From Patescibacteria group bacterium (GTDB lineage: Bacteria; Patescibacteriota; Patescibacteriia; UBA9934): 64,000 nt of DNA. A model generated the notes under the pieces. The model had not been told where the DNA came from, did no database searches, and saw only the letters and a program-made list of their open reading frames with translations. The position numbers were made by a program, and so were the translations under genes. Shown piece after piece: positions 9,548 to 18,598 of this stretch (positions are counted from its first letter, which is position 1; each line of letters opens with the position of its first letter). The stretch is from NCBI GenBank assembly GCA_041660165.1, contig JBAZWW010000001.1, positions 169,035 to 233,034 on the forward strand, written 5' to 3'.

Positions 9548-10444
9548 TTAATTTCGTTTTAACCAAGCCGCTACATACGCCAGCACAATAAATTTTGGCG
9601 TGCAGGCCCAAAGTATAAGCCACGGAATAAGGCCGTGATGCTTTTTCATGTACTTGCGCAAACTCGTCCTAATCCATTTCTGCTTACGGAGCGTCGCTAC
9701 CTTGTTGAAGCTGTGGCCCTTGTGGTGGATGATCTCGCAATCGCCATAGGATCTAACTTTGAAGCCCGCATCAACCGCCACTTTGCAGTAGTCAACTTCC
9801 TCGAACCAAATGAAGTAACGCTCGTCGAGCAGGCCAACCTTGTCCATCAGTTCTCGGCGAATAAACATGAACGCGCCCATGATCGAATCAACATCTTGGG
9901 TTTTCAGAGGATCAACGTCGCGCATCATGTACCTGTCAACGGCCTTCAAGTGCTTGAACACGTGAGGTAGTTTGAACAGAATCTCAAGCTGATCGAGCAT
10001 CGTCGGGAACCGGCGAATACTCTCTTGATGCGAACCGTCGGGATATCTGATCACACAACTGCCAATACCCACCTCTTTATCTGCATCAAGGTGATCAATC
10101 ATCCGCTTCATCACTCCGGGCGGAACAATCGTATCCGGATTCAGCAGAAGCGCGTACCGTCCCGTGCATTGTCTCAACCCAACGTTGACCGCCGCTGCAA
10201 ACCCTCGATTCTCCGCGTTCACGATCACCTGCGCCTCCGGTAGGATTTCTCGAACAAACGCCGGCATCTTTTTGTCATTCGCATTATCAACCACCACGAC
10301 GTCAAAATTAACATCATGCGCCGCCGCTAGGCTCATAAAACACGCCCGCAAAACGTCCGGATCAGTTTTGTAGGTAACGATAACTATTGTTGTGTCTCTT
10401 AATTCGGCATTCATAGTGTTTGTCATTGTTGCATCATTCTCCAT
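9548..10444 (-). CDS. Glycosyltransferase family 2 (WbbL-like); start may be a later Met
   Basis: VVDNA, NRGFAAAVN, LLLNPD, GAFMFIR, FEEVDYC. Confidence 0.9.
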   Translation of the reverse strand: MENDATMTNTMNAELRDTTIVIVTYKTDPDVLRACFMSLAAAHDVNFDVVVVDNANDKKMPAFVREILPEAQVIVNAENRGFAAAVNVGLRQCTGRYALLLNPDTIVPPGVMKRMIDHLDADKEVGIGSCVIRYPDGSHQESIRRFPTMLDQLEILFKLPHVFKHLKAVDRYMMRDVDPLKTQDVDSIMGAFMFIRRELMDKVGLLDERYFIWFEEVDYCKVAVDAGFKVRSYGDCEIIHHKGHSFNKVATLRKQKWIRTSLRKYMKKHHGLIPWLILWACTPKFIVLAYVAAWLKRN

Positions 10445-10521
10445 CCTGAGCGAGAGCGAAGGATCCGCCTTTCCCAGCGGAGAGGGTCGGACCCTTCGGC
10501 CTAAGCCTCAGGGTGGGATGG
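10441..10521. repeat. Variant family A palindromic element between two GT2 genes
   Basis: CCATCCTGAGCGAGAGCGAAGGATCCG...CGGACCCTTCGGCCTAAGCCTCAGGGTGGGATGG. Confidence 0.75.
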
Positions 10522-10531
10522 CTCTGCGCTG

Positions 10532-11239
10532 CTACAGACCGTGTTTCCTAGCAATAATCTCTCTCGCCTCAGTGTACTTCTTTATGCTCTTTGGTTGCCA
10601 GGGCGAGTATTGCCAAGGAATCCTGTAGGCGAGTTTTGGCAGCCAGGCCGAGCCGATCCTCGATACCCCGTCAATCCGCACGTGGAAGAGAACTCCCGGC
10701 ACGAGTATCCCTCGATGCCCCCGCTCAAGCATGGTCAACCACACGTCCCAGTCTTGCAGACGCTTGATCTGCTCGTCAAACCCCGGAAAATCTGCCCGCC
10801 GAATGAGCGAGGTGGTGTGGGCAAAGTTCATCTTCCGTATCTTCTCATCACTAAACGGCGTCCCCCAAAATGTCTTCCAGCCAAACGTAAAACCAGAATA
10901 GGCATAACTGGCCTGCGGATTTTGTATAAGACTCTTATGCATTTTTTCGAGCATCTCGTTCTCCATGACAATATCCGCATCGCAAAAAATGACATACTCG
11001 CCTCTACTCTCGGCGAACCCTCGGTTCCTTGCCGGATTCGAGCCTTTATTTTCTTGACGAACAACCTTAATCTTGCCGGCGTATTTTTCGAGTACTTTCA
11101 ATGTCTCATCCGTAGACCCGTCATCAACCACAATGATTTCGATCTCCTTATATGTTTGGTCGAGTACCGAATCAATACACCCCGGCAGTGAGCCCGCGTG
11201 CTGATACGTTGGAATGATGACTGAAATAAGTGGTTCCAT
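10532..11239 (-). CDS. Glycosyltransferase family 2
   Basis: ISVIIPTY, VVDDGSTD, ARNRG, FCDAD, QDWDVW. Confidence 0.92.
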   Translation of the reverse strand: MEPLISVIIPTYQHAGSLPGCIDSVLDQTYKEIEIIVVDDGSTDETLKVLEKYAGKIKVVRQENKGSNPARNRGFAESRGEYVIFCDADIVMENEMLEKMHKSLIQNPQASYAYSGFTFGWKTFWGTPFSDEKIRKMNFAHTTSLIRRADFPGFDEQIKRLQDWDVWLTMLERGHRGILVPGVLFHVRIDGVSRIGSAWLPKLAYRIPWQYSPWQPKSIKKYTEAREIIARKHGL

Positions 11240-11277
11240 AACCTGTTATAACCCTCTATAACCCTCTATAACCCTCT
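11238..11277. repeat. 10-bp tandem repeat (ATAACCCTCT x3 plus one degenerate unit) spanning the GT4 stop and GT2 start
   Basis: ATAACCTGTT ATAACCCTCT ATAACCCTCT ATAACCCTCT read directly. Confidence 0.85.
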
Positions 11278-12462
11278 CACCATGATGATCCCCCTCAGCT
11301 TACTCGTTTGCACTTCTCTTGTGAACTGCTCCAACACTCGTACCCGTCCGCGTGATCCGAGCTTTGATCGGAGTGCCGGATTTTCTACGAGTTTCCTAAT
11401 CGCCGCCTCGATCTCTTCGATGTGGTCATTCACAAGCAACCCCGTTTCTCCGTCGAGTACCGCTTCGACAACGCCCCCAATGTTCGTCGCCACCACCGGC
11501 AAACCGAACAAATTGGCTTCGAGGTACACGATTCCAAATCCTTCGCGATCAGTTTCAGACCGAGTAGTCGGCATCACAAAAATATCCGCTGATGCATAAA
11601 TCCCTGGCAGGTCTTCATCACTCGCGTTCAGAATCATTGTTACTCGATCACTCAATCCTCGGCGAGCAATCTCGGTTTCGAGCCTCTCACGCATCGGCCC
11701 ATCACCCACAATTGTATATTTAACGCCTGGCAAATGTTCCAGTATTTCAAGCACCTTCAGGTGCCCCTTTCTCTCAACCAGCCTCGCCACCGTCAACAGC
11801 ATTATCGTATAGTTATTTACCTTGTCATCTCGACCCATTCTGTCGTCTAGACCCATTCTGTCATCTCGACCCATTCTGTCATCTCGAGCAGAGCGAGAGA
11901 TCTGATTGGTCGACAGTGAGATGGGTACCCCAAGCGCCCCGCTGGCCAGCTTCAGCAACTCTTTCAGATCAACCAGCCCCACGCCCTTCCTCACGGATTT
12001 CGACGCCTCCACAAACACATCACTCACCGGCGGGTAGACCGTCAGGATGCGCCGTAAGGGTCGAGCCATGTCTCGACCCCGTACGAACCGCTCCACCTCG
12101 CCCCTCAAAGCCTCCGAATTCGTCACGATCAGGTCAGCACCTCGCAGAATCCTCCTGGACAACCATCTCTTCCACGCATTTCGTCTGGCGAGATCAAAAT
12201 CCATGCTATGCAGGAATATGCCGTACGGACGAGAAAATATCCACGCCACCGTTCCCACTGGCAAAATATGATTCACGAAATACAGATCTGCATCTTTTCG
12301 AGACTTCCAAAAAAATGAAAATAATTCCTTGTAGCCAGGTTTCTTGGACAGCTCAACCACTTTCACCTCGTGCGGGTATGTTTCAACAACCGCCGAAAGA
12401 TAGCGGGCCACGCCTCCTCGCTCTGAAAGCGCACCAAGCATTGGAGCAATCACGCGCCTCAT
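11266..12462 (-). CDS. Glycosyltransferase family 4 with repeat-derived peptide insertions
   Basis: LTVARLVERKG, EGFGIVYLEA, GGVVEAVLDGETG. Confidence 0.92.
   Translation of the reverse strand: MRRVIAPMLGALSERGGVARYLSAVVETYPHEVKVVELSKKPGYKELFSFFWKSRKDADLYFVNHILPVGTVAWIFSRPYGIFLHSMDFDLARRNAWKRWLSRRILRGADLIVTNSEALRGEVERFVRGRDMARPLRRILTVYPPVSDVFVEASKSVRKGVGLVDLKELLKLASGALGVPISLSTNQISRSARDDRMGRDDRMGLDDRMGRDDKVNNYTIMLLTVARLVERKGHLKVLEILEHLPGVKYTIVGDGPMRERLETEIARRGLSDRVTMILNASDEDLPGIYASADIFVMPTTRSETDREGFGIVYLEANLFGLPVVATNIGGVVEAVLDGETGLLVNDHIEEIEAAIRKLVENPALRSKLGSRGRVRVLEQFTREVQTSKLRGIIMVRGL
11823..11914. repeat. Three 18-bp tandem units plus a family A half element inside the GT4 CDS
   Basis: TGTCATCTCGACCCATTC x3 (one with 2 changes), then TGTCATCTCGAGCAGAGCGAGAGATCTGATTGGTCGAC. 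Confidence 0.9.
12054..12084. repeat. GTAG-type REP-like hairpin (family B) inside the GT4 CDS
   Basis: GTAAGGGTCGAGCCATGTCTCGACCCCGTAC shares its core with the intergenic copy at 37593-37622. Confidence 0.8.
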
Positions 12463-13952
12463 ACCGTTTCAGAAACTTCCTCGCGGATGCCGTTAGCTCG
12501 GAGCCGAGGAACGAGTTGCCACAGTGCGCGCAAATGGTCGAGCGTTATTGACCGCGTTGCAAAGGCCACGGCAAAAAAGACAACCGCCCCAATCGGCACC
12601 GTAATGATCCACGGCAAGAACATTTTCACGACGAGTACCACGCTGGCCATGACGGCCCCGGAAGCGAACGAACCGCCAACGGCAGTGATGAAGTCATACA
12701 TGGGAACCTTAATAATTTTAAATGAGAGGACGTAACCCGCAAAAAACATAAATGAGAAGCTGATCAGCGCTGAGACTGCTGCGCCCGGAATGCCGAGCCG
12801 AGGGATCAGCAGTAAGTTTGCCACGAGATTGATAACCATGGTCACACCCATGATGCCGGTCTTGAGCGCTTGACGACCACTAGCGTTAAGAAGTGCACCG
12901 ATGGGAAAATCAAGGAAGATAAAGAGCAGGGCAAAGACGAGGATTTGGAGCGTAGGCGCAGCTGCGGCAAACTTACTGCCGTAGAAAAACTGAATAATCT
13001 CAGGCGCTAGGGCAAACAAACCAAAGACAACGGGTGCCGCGAGCAGAGCAAGATACCACTCGGCTGAGAGGAATGTCTTCTTGAGCGCCTCGGGATCCTT
13101 CACCTGCGCGCTCATGGTTGGATACAAAGCGCCGATGAAAGCGAGGGGCAAAAACTGGAAAGAGTACGCCAGCTTGTAGGCCACAGCGTATACGCCCACT
13201 GCCCCGGCACCGAGCACCATGTTCAGCGTGAAGGAATCGACATAGGAATAGATTTTGACAAACACGGCCGCCACAAAAAACATGCTGGCCATCTTGAACG
13301 GCTTCCAGCCAAGTGAAAAACTCGGAACGAGCGCTTTTATTCCCAGACGTCGAACAACATGAAATAAGGCGAACAACGCATTCCAGCCACTACCGATAAT
13401 CAGAGCAACAATCAGCAACAACATGAGCATTAAACCGGCTACTGCGCCACCATTCGGCGGAAGTAAAAACAAAGCAGATAAACCAACAACCGTGGTGATC
13501 GCCTGTCCGACAAAAATCCCGATGGACTCGAACTTCAAATTCTGTTGACCCCTAAGCACGCCGTACATGGACAATGAGATGGTGTCGAGGAGCATCACAA
13601 ATACCGCCAGCTCCGTCAGCATAGTCGCCTCTACACTGAAACCCAGCAACCGAGGGGCCACGAAAGCCAGAACAACCGTCACCGGCATGAGCACGAGTTT
13701 GTTCGCCAAGACGTTTCTGGCGTATTCCAGCGCCTTCCCCGGCTCCTTAGCCACTTCTCGAACCAAGACCGAGGTCAGACCAACGTCATCAATCGCGCCA
13801 ATAGTCGTAGTCAGTGCCAGGGCCAAAAAGTAGGAACCCGTTGCATCTTCCCCAATCGTCCGCGCAATCACCGCAAAGTACAAAAACGCCACCGCTTTCT
13901 GCCCAATAGACGCCGCCGTCAAAAGGAACGTATTCCTGGCAAGTTGAGACAT
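12459..13952 (-). CDS. Polysaccharide flippase (Wzx/PST family)
   Basis: Polytopic membrane protein; LARNTF start, VGVYAVAYK, NLLLIPRLGIPGAA. Confidence 0.9.
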   Translation of the reverse strand: MSQLARNTFLLTAASIGQKAVAFLYFAVIARTIGEDATGSYFLALALTTTIGAIDDVGLTSVLVREVAKEPGKALEYARNVLANKLVLMPVTVVLAFVAPRLLGFSVEATMLTELAVFVMLLDTISLSMYGVLRGQQNLKFESIGIFVGQAITTVVGLSALFLLPPNGGAVAGLMLMLLLIVALIIGSGWNALFALFHVVRRLGIKALVPSFSLGWKPFKMASMFFVAAVFVKIYSYVDSFTLNMVLGAGAVGVYAVAYKLAYSFQFLPLAFIGALYPTMSAQVKDPEALKKTFLSAEWYLALLAAPVVFGLFALAPEIIQFFYGSKFAAAAPTLQILVFALLFIFLDFPIGALLNASGRQALKTGIMGVTMVINLVANLLLIPRLGIPGAAVSALISFSFMFFAGYVLSFKIIKVPMYDFITAVGGSFASGAVMASVVLVVKMFLPWIITVPIGAVVFFAVAFATRSITLDHLRALWQLVPRLRANGIREEVSETV

Positions 13953-14055
13953 ATTTACCCACTATACTACGCCAAAACCCCCAAAATAACAAAGAGCCCC
14001 GCGCCGTTCCCGGCAGGGCCCTTGAGGACGCTAAATCTTTGCGTCCAAGCCTGAA

Positions 14056-14544
14056 TCAGTCCTCCGCGGGATCTTCTTCGAGGATGAAGTAAGACTCCGC
14101 TTCTTCGATGTCAATCACGTGGGTACCCACGTAGTCAATTTCGGCCGTTTTGATGCTAACGCGCATCTCTACGCCGTCCACAAGTTCGCGGTCACCGTCT
14201 GCGTAGTGCCAGCTGAGCGCGAGTGTCGTAGCCGGGGCCATGATCTGGTCAAACACGAGCGACAGCAGAAGATCGCCGTCCCGGTCTTCGTCGTTCTCGA
14301 CGAAGAAGGAGTGCAGATCAATCAGCTGATCCTTGGCGACCAGTTGTGGCTGAATGCTGTTCTCGAACTCGTAGTTTTCCTCGCCCGAGGTCGCGTTGAC
14401 GTCGAGCGATACCCGAACCATGTCGTCCGCCGCGCTCAGAAAGGTGACGAGTGAAAAGGTCACGTCGTCCTTCACGGTGAGACCATCCTCACACTGTACA
14501 TTCTCCACCACCGCCCCATCTGCCTTCCACACAACGATCTTCAT
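14056..14544 (-). CDS. Highly acidic hypothetical protein
   Basis: GGGAGG SD before ATG; own promoter TTGACA-17-TAACCT; hairpin downstream. Confidence 0.75.
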   Translation of the reverse strand: MKIVVWKADGAVVENVQCEDGLTVKDDVTFSLVTFLSAADDMVRVSLDVNATSGEENYEFENSIQPQLVAKDQLIDLHSFFVENDEDRDGDLLLSLVFDQIMAPATTLALSWHYADGDRELVDGVEMRVSIKTAEIDYVGTHVIDIEEAESYFILEEDPAED

Positions 14545-14679
14545 GGCATCCTCCCTTTCGTTGACCGCGTCAGGTTAGTCAAATCCGGCCTCCCTGTCAA
14601 AACAAAGAGCGCGTCCAACGGGTGGCGGTGTCAGACGACACTCTTTGTTTGCCACTCGCGAACGCGCGAGCCTTCCTTC

Positions 14680-15171
14680 CTATCGTGGTTCAAGCGCCAC
14701 AACATAATCCCCGTCGCTCACGCATCCTTCGAACGTGAGGACGACTCCCGTTGCCGTGCGATACGTCATCCGCACGAGTGTTGACGTGAGATCATCGCTG
14801 TCCGAATCGGGATCCGGCAACAGCTCAAACTCCGAGTACATAGCAATGATCTGCTCCGCAATCTCCTCCATGAGTTCTCCAGAATCTGGCGCGGAACCCC
14901 ACACTGCAGACAAACCGTCTACGAAGGATCGGCGATCAATTTCCCGGCCATTGAAGACGTCCGAAAACGAAATAGCGTCATCATCGGTGTCGAACAGTTC
15001 ACTCCTGCTTTCGTTGGTCGCGGAGAAATCGATGATGAATTGATCGGGCACTTCATCATCAAACTCCACCGAGATCATGAATCCGCCGCTCGATTTTACT
15101 CGCCACAGAGGCGACTCCTTGACCGGAATATTGCAACCCCGTCCTTCAGCGTAACGGATGACCTCGCCCAT
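14680..15171 (-). CDS. Highly acidic hypothetical protein, possible paralog of 14056-14544
   Basis: GGAGGTG SD before ATG 15171; promoter TTGACG-17-CATTCT. Confidence 0.75.
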   Translation of the reverse strand: MGEVIRYAEGRGCNIPVKESPLWRVKSSGGFMISVEFDDEVPDQFIIDFSATNESRSELFDTDDDAISFSDVFNGREIDRRSFVDGLSAVWGSAPDSGELMEEIAEQIIAMYSEFELLPDPDSDSDDLTSTLVRMTYRTATGVVLTFEGCVSDGDYVVALEPR

Positions 15172-15216
15172 ATTCACCTCCCGCCAGACAGAATGACAAC
15201 AAAACTCACTTTCGTC

Positions 15217-15590
15217 AAAAACAAAACACGGCCATTCGTATATGGCCATGCTCATCTCGATATATTATGTCACGTGACCATACACTTCCCGAGCCCATTC
15301 ATTTTTTACGTGGTTTTGTCCACGACAACTCAGGCAAGAGCTCAATATACGAATTGAGTTTTTCAGATCATTCGTCGCTTCCCCCGAATCGAGTGGGGAG
15401 TTATCGTCCCGGATGCCGACAAAAACATCGGCTTAGCAAGGCTTCTCCACGAATCTTTCCCTCCCTTTTGCGAGGAATGGTTCAAGCTTCACTTCGATTG
15501 GCCACGCTGCCTCAGTCCATAACGCCCGGGACGATCAAAATTGCTTTCATAGACTAAGTCTATTAAGAATTCATCGCCCCATTCGGGACA
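15217..15590 (-). ncRNA. Candidate ~370-nt structured non-coding RNA
   Basis: TATACT upstream, end-closing stem, 10-bp long-range stem ATCGTCCCGG/CCGGGACGAT, several hairpins, U-tailed terminator; no credible ORF. Confidence 0.5.
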
Positions 15591-15653
15591 ATCCGAGTAT
15601 ATACGAAACCGAACAGAACACAAACATGGATATACCCAAGACAAAAAATCAGA

Positions 15654-16304
15654 TCAAACGGTATGACTATCTTTTGCGACGTGCATATCAATATCCTTTG
15701 GATTAAAGCCAAGCTCTGGAAGAATGCGATCTCTCAAGTCAATTGCCGCGACAAAAAGAAGTGCAGGAATATCGGCGCCAACTTTAAATGCACCTTCCTT
15801 AAGTTTTTCTACAATGTCAGGACACGTGCGTTGTAAGTCTCCCATCACCTCATACAGAACCTGTTCAGCATCGAATGCATTTTTTGGTGCACGCTCTCGT
15901 ACCTTGGCAATAATGATTTCACGTTTACCGTCAATTATTTCTTTGATCCCGCTATTATTAAGTATCTCCTTGCCCAAGGTGTTCAGCTGTCTGGGTGAAT
16001 GGGCTGGCGCAACTCGGTCTCTCCATAATGTTTCGACCTTGGTTTCAACTGACATAAACCTCTCTCGTATGTCTTTAAGATCTGGCTCTATCCGATCCTT
16101 TAAAGTAGCCGCGACATTTGCAACTTGAGTCTTCAGTGTCCCCCAGGCAACTCCAACGCCAATCAGGATCACAGCCACTCCCAAAGCCGACTCGACCAAT
16201 CCAATCTGAATTACAGGCTGCTGAGTTTTTGCAGTTTCAGTCGTCGGAACGGCAGTGCCCACTGAAGGTTGGGCACTAAATGTTTGCAACATTGCGTTGG
16301 CCAT
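15654..16304 (-). CDS. Hypothetical protein with one TM segment and a short coiled coil
   Basis: 216-aa ORF, TM LGVAVILIGVGVAWG; TATAAT just upstream of ATG. Confidence 0.7.
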   Translation of the reverse strand: MANAMLQTFSAQPSVGTAVPTTETAKTQQPVIQIGLVESALGVAVILIGVGVAWGTLKTQVANVAATLKDRIEPDLKDIRERFMSVETKVETLWRDRVAPAHSPRQLNTLGKEILNNSGIKEIIDGKREIIIAKVRERAPKNAFDAEQVLYEVMGDLQRTCPDIVEKLKEGAFKVGADIPALLFVAAIDLRDRILPELGFNPKDIDMHVAKDSHTV

Positions 16305-16408
16305 ATCTAGTTTAATTATACTCTTACCCGCGCCATTTTTTTCGTCAAGAAGATTATACCCGTTTCAATGCAAAACCCCCCGATTGCTCGAGGAGTTTCT
16401 GTCAGGTA

Positions 16409-17422
16409 CTAGTGCTGAGGTTCCATCTTCTCGGTCACCATTTTAACGAACATGATGATGAAGATACCGGCCACTACGGTCACGGCTTGGTGGATGGAGT
16501 TAAACAAGAACATTTGCTGAACTGCCACAGCAGCCAGGGAGTCATTGATTCGTGGCAAGACTGAATTGCCCAGGTCCATGATCAGATCAAAAATATAGAA
16601 GCCGATAATAATTTTCTGACCCTTTGCGCGTTCATCCTCATGAACATGATGAGCAGTAGCTACCTCATTCCAAAAAGCTGGATAGGTTAGAATGGGGTGA
16701 ATCAGGTTATAAACAGGAATGATGTGCCCCCACACCAGCCATTCTGGTGATGACTTCATGTGGTGATGGTATGACAGATTCCGAGCAGCCCGGCCAAGCC
16801 AGAAAAGGTAGATGATGGCGGAGACAAAGTAGCCCAATCCAGCCAATCCACCGATTGCTGACCCAATAAAAGTACGTGGAGTGAAAAATGGGACGGTGGA
16901 ATAAACCTGAAAGTACTCGTACACTCCAAACACTGCACCAATAGCCGAACAGATGACCGCCAAACCAGCAAAAATCATGAAGGCTTTGTACAGACCTTGC
17001 AATGATTTAGGTTGACCGGCGTGATGAGCAGTCTCTTCAGATGAGGTGGTAGCAATGAGATAAAGACCAACGGGGGTTCCAATAACAATACCGAGAAGTG
17101 CCAGAACCCCAAGCAGGCCAAGGAACACCTGCATCAAACGGCCCACCGAAGAGGTAAGTGATCCATCATCGGACTGCGATGCACCATCCGCAGGCTGAAT
17201 GATATCGTCTGGGTTGTACATGAGGTCGCTCCTTGTGAGCGGCGCTGCATGAGCGGATGGGATGCCCAACAAAGTTTGTTCCGACCAGGTAGACGAGTCC
17301 AACCGTGCGCCGTTCAGCTGAGAGATGACGAATGATGAGATCGCATAAAGCGATAACGTGAAGATCAACGTCACCCATGGCACTACCAGGAGCAACACCC
17401 CAATCAGTCTTCTATTTTTCAT
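16409..17422 (-). CDS. DUF4328-like membrane protein
   Basis: FWLGRAARNL...SPEWLVWGHIIPVYNLIHP pattern; multiple TM segments. Confidence 0.65.
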   Translation of the reverse strand: MKNRRLIGVLLLVVPWVTLIFTLSLYAISSFVISQLNGARLDSSTWSEQTLLGIPSAHAAPLTRSDLMYNPDDIIQPADGASQSDDGSLTSSVGRLMQVFLGLLGVLALLGIVIGTPVGLYLIATTSSEETAHHAGQPKSLQGLYKAFMIFAGLAVICSAIGAVFGVYEYFQVYSTVPFFTPRTFIGSAIGGLAGLGYFVSAIIYLFWLGRAARNLSYHHHMKSSPEWLVWGHIIPVYNLIHPILTYPAFWNEVATAHHVHEDERAKGQKIIIGFYIFDLIMDLGNSVLPRINDSLAAVAVQQMFLFNSIHQAVTVVAGIFIIMFVKMVTEKMEPQH

Positions 17423-17453
17423 AGTCAAAGTAAAATATTTGCTCAACAATAAC

Positions 17454-17482
17454 ACAAAAGACGGAAAAGCTCCGTCTTTTGT
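17454..17482. terminator. Intrinsic terminator after rpsI
   Basis: ACAAAAGACGGA-AAAGC-TCCGTCTTTTGT perfect hairpin. Confidence 0.85.
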
Positions 17483-17491
17483 AGTAACTGA

Positions 17492-17887
17492 TTATCGCTT
17501 TCTCCACTGTGGTGAGCGTCTTGCACCGTGTTTGCCTGGCTTCTTTCTCTCTTTCTTTCTTGGATCGCGGGTCAGCATGTGCTTAGCTTTGAGAGCTGGG
17601 CGCAAGGCGATGTCGAGTTTGAGCAAAGCGCGGGCAATAGCAAGACGCGTGGCGTCTGCCTGGCCAATCATGCCTCCGCCGGAGGTTTTGACTGACACGT
17701 CAACGGTTTCAGTCTTACCAACTTCTGCAAGCGGACGAAGCACCATGTAGCGGAGCGTAGCCGTAGTGAAGAAGTCTTCAAAGGCTTTGCCGTTCACGGT
17801 AATAGTCCCCTTGCCACCGGTAGTGATGCGGGCTTGGGCCACGGCCGTTTTTCGGCGTCCTAATGCTTGGAAATATTTGTCAGCCAT
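17492..17887 (-). CDS. rpsI: 30S ribosomal protein S9
   Basis: GRRKTAVA, GGGMIGQA, LTRDPRKKERKKPG, RRSPQWRKR. Confidence 0.98.
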   Translation of the reverse strand: MADKYFQALGRRKTAVAQARITTGGKGTITVNGKAFEDFFTTATLRYMVLRPLAEVGKTETVDVSVKTSGGGMIGQADATRLAIARALLKLDIALRPALKAKHMLTRDPRKKERKKPGKHGARRSPQWRKR

Positions 17888-17888
17888 A

Positions 17889-18245
17889 TTATTCAATGTT
17901 CAAGCGCATGAGTCTTGCTTTGCGGTGCTTGGTCTTTGGGAGCATACGGGACACCGCCATGCGAAGAACATCCGTAGGATCATTCGCCCACATCTGAGCC
18001 AATGACTTGGTGCGCAGACCACCCGGATGAGCGGTGTGGTGCTGGTACACTTTCTGATCCATTTTCTTGCCTGTCAAAATCATCTTGTCTGCGTTCGTTA
18101 CTTTGACGAATTCGCCGGAGTCAACGTTTGTCTCATATGATGGGCTGGTTTTGCCAATCAAGTGAGAAGCGATGTTGGACGCCAAACGACCGACAATTTT
18201 GCCGGAAGCGTCAAAGGTCACAGTTTTGCGTATAATGTTTGCCAT
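17889..18245 (-). CDS. rplM: 50S ribosomal protein L13
   Basis: DASGKIVGRLAS, HTAHPGGL, AVSRMLPK. Confidence 0.97.
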   Translation of the reverse strand: MANIIRKTVTFDASGKIVGRLASNIASHLIGKTSPSYETNVDSGEFVKVTNADKMILTGKKMDQKVYQHHTAHPGGLRTKSLAQMWANDPTDVLRMAVSRMLPKTKHRKARLMRLNIE

Positions 18246-18246
18246 A

Positions 18247-18597
18247 TTAGACAAGTTCAATCAGCGCGGTTTCGGCCCGGTCTCCCTGGCGTGTTCCAAG
18301 CTTGGTAATGCGAATGTATCCGCCATTTCTGTCCTTAAAGCGAGGTCCAAGCACATCCATCAGCTTTTCCACCGGCTGGTCCGTAAGGAAAAACGCCTTC
18401 AAAAAACGACGTGCAGAAAGATCACCCCGACGGCTGACGGTGATGAGCTTCTCAATAATGGGGCGAGCGTACTTTGCTCGGCCCAAACTGGTTTCAATTC
18501 GCTCGTGCGTAATGAGTGCCTGGGCCAAGTCCCGCATGAGGGCCTTTCTGGCTGACGGCTTACGTCCGAGGATTTTCTTCTTAGATCTATGGCGCAT
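18247..18597 (-). CDS. rplQ: 50S ribosomal protein L17
   Basis: MRHR...LGR, RNGGYIRITK, RQGDRAE. Confidence 0.98.
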   Translation of the reverse strand: MRHRSKKKILGRKPSARKALMRDLAQALITHERIETSLGRAKYARPIIEKLITVSRRGDLSARRFLKAFFLTDQPVEKLMDVLGPRFKDRNGGYIRITKLGTRQGDRAETALIELV

Positions 18598-18598
18598 A

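Noticed and set aside
11823-11876. CRISPR-like array
   Set aside because: Contiguous 18-bp tandem units with no spacers; no cas genes in the window.
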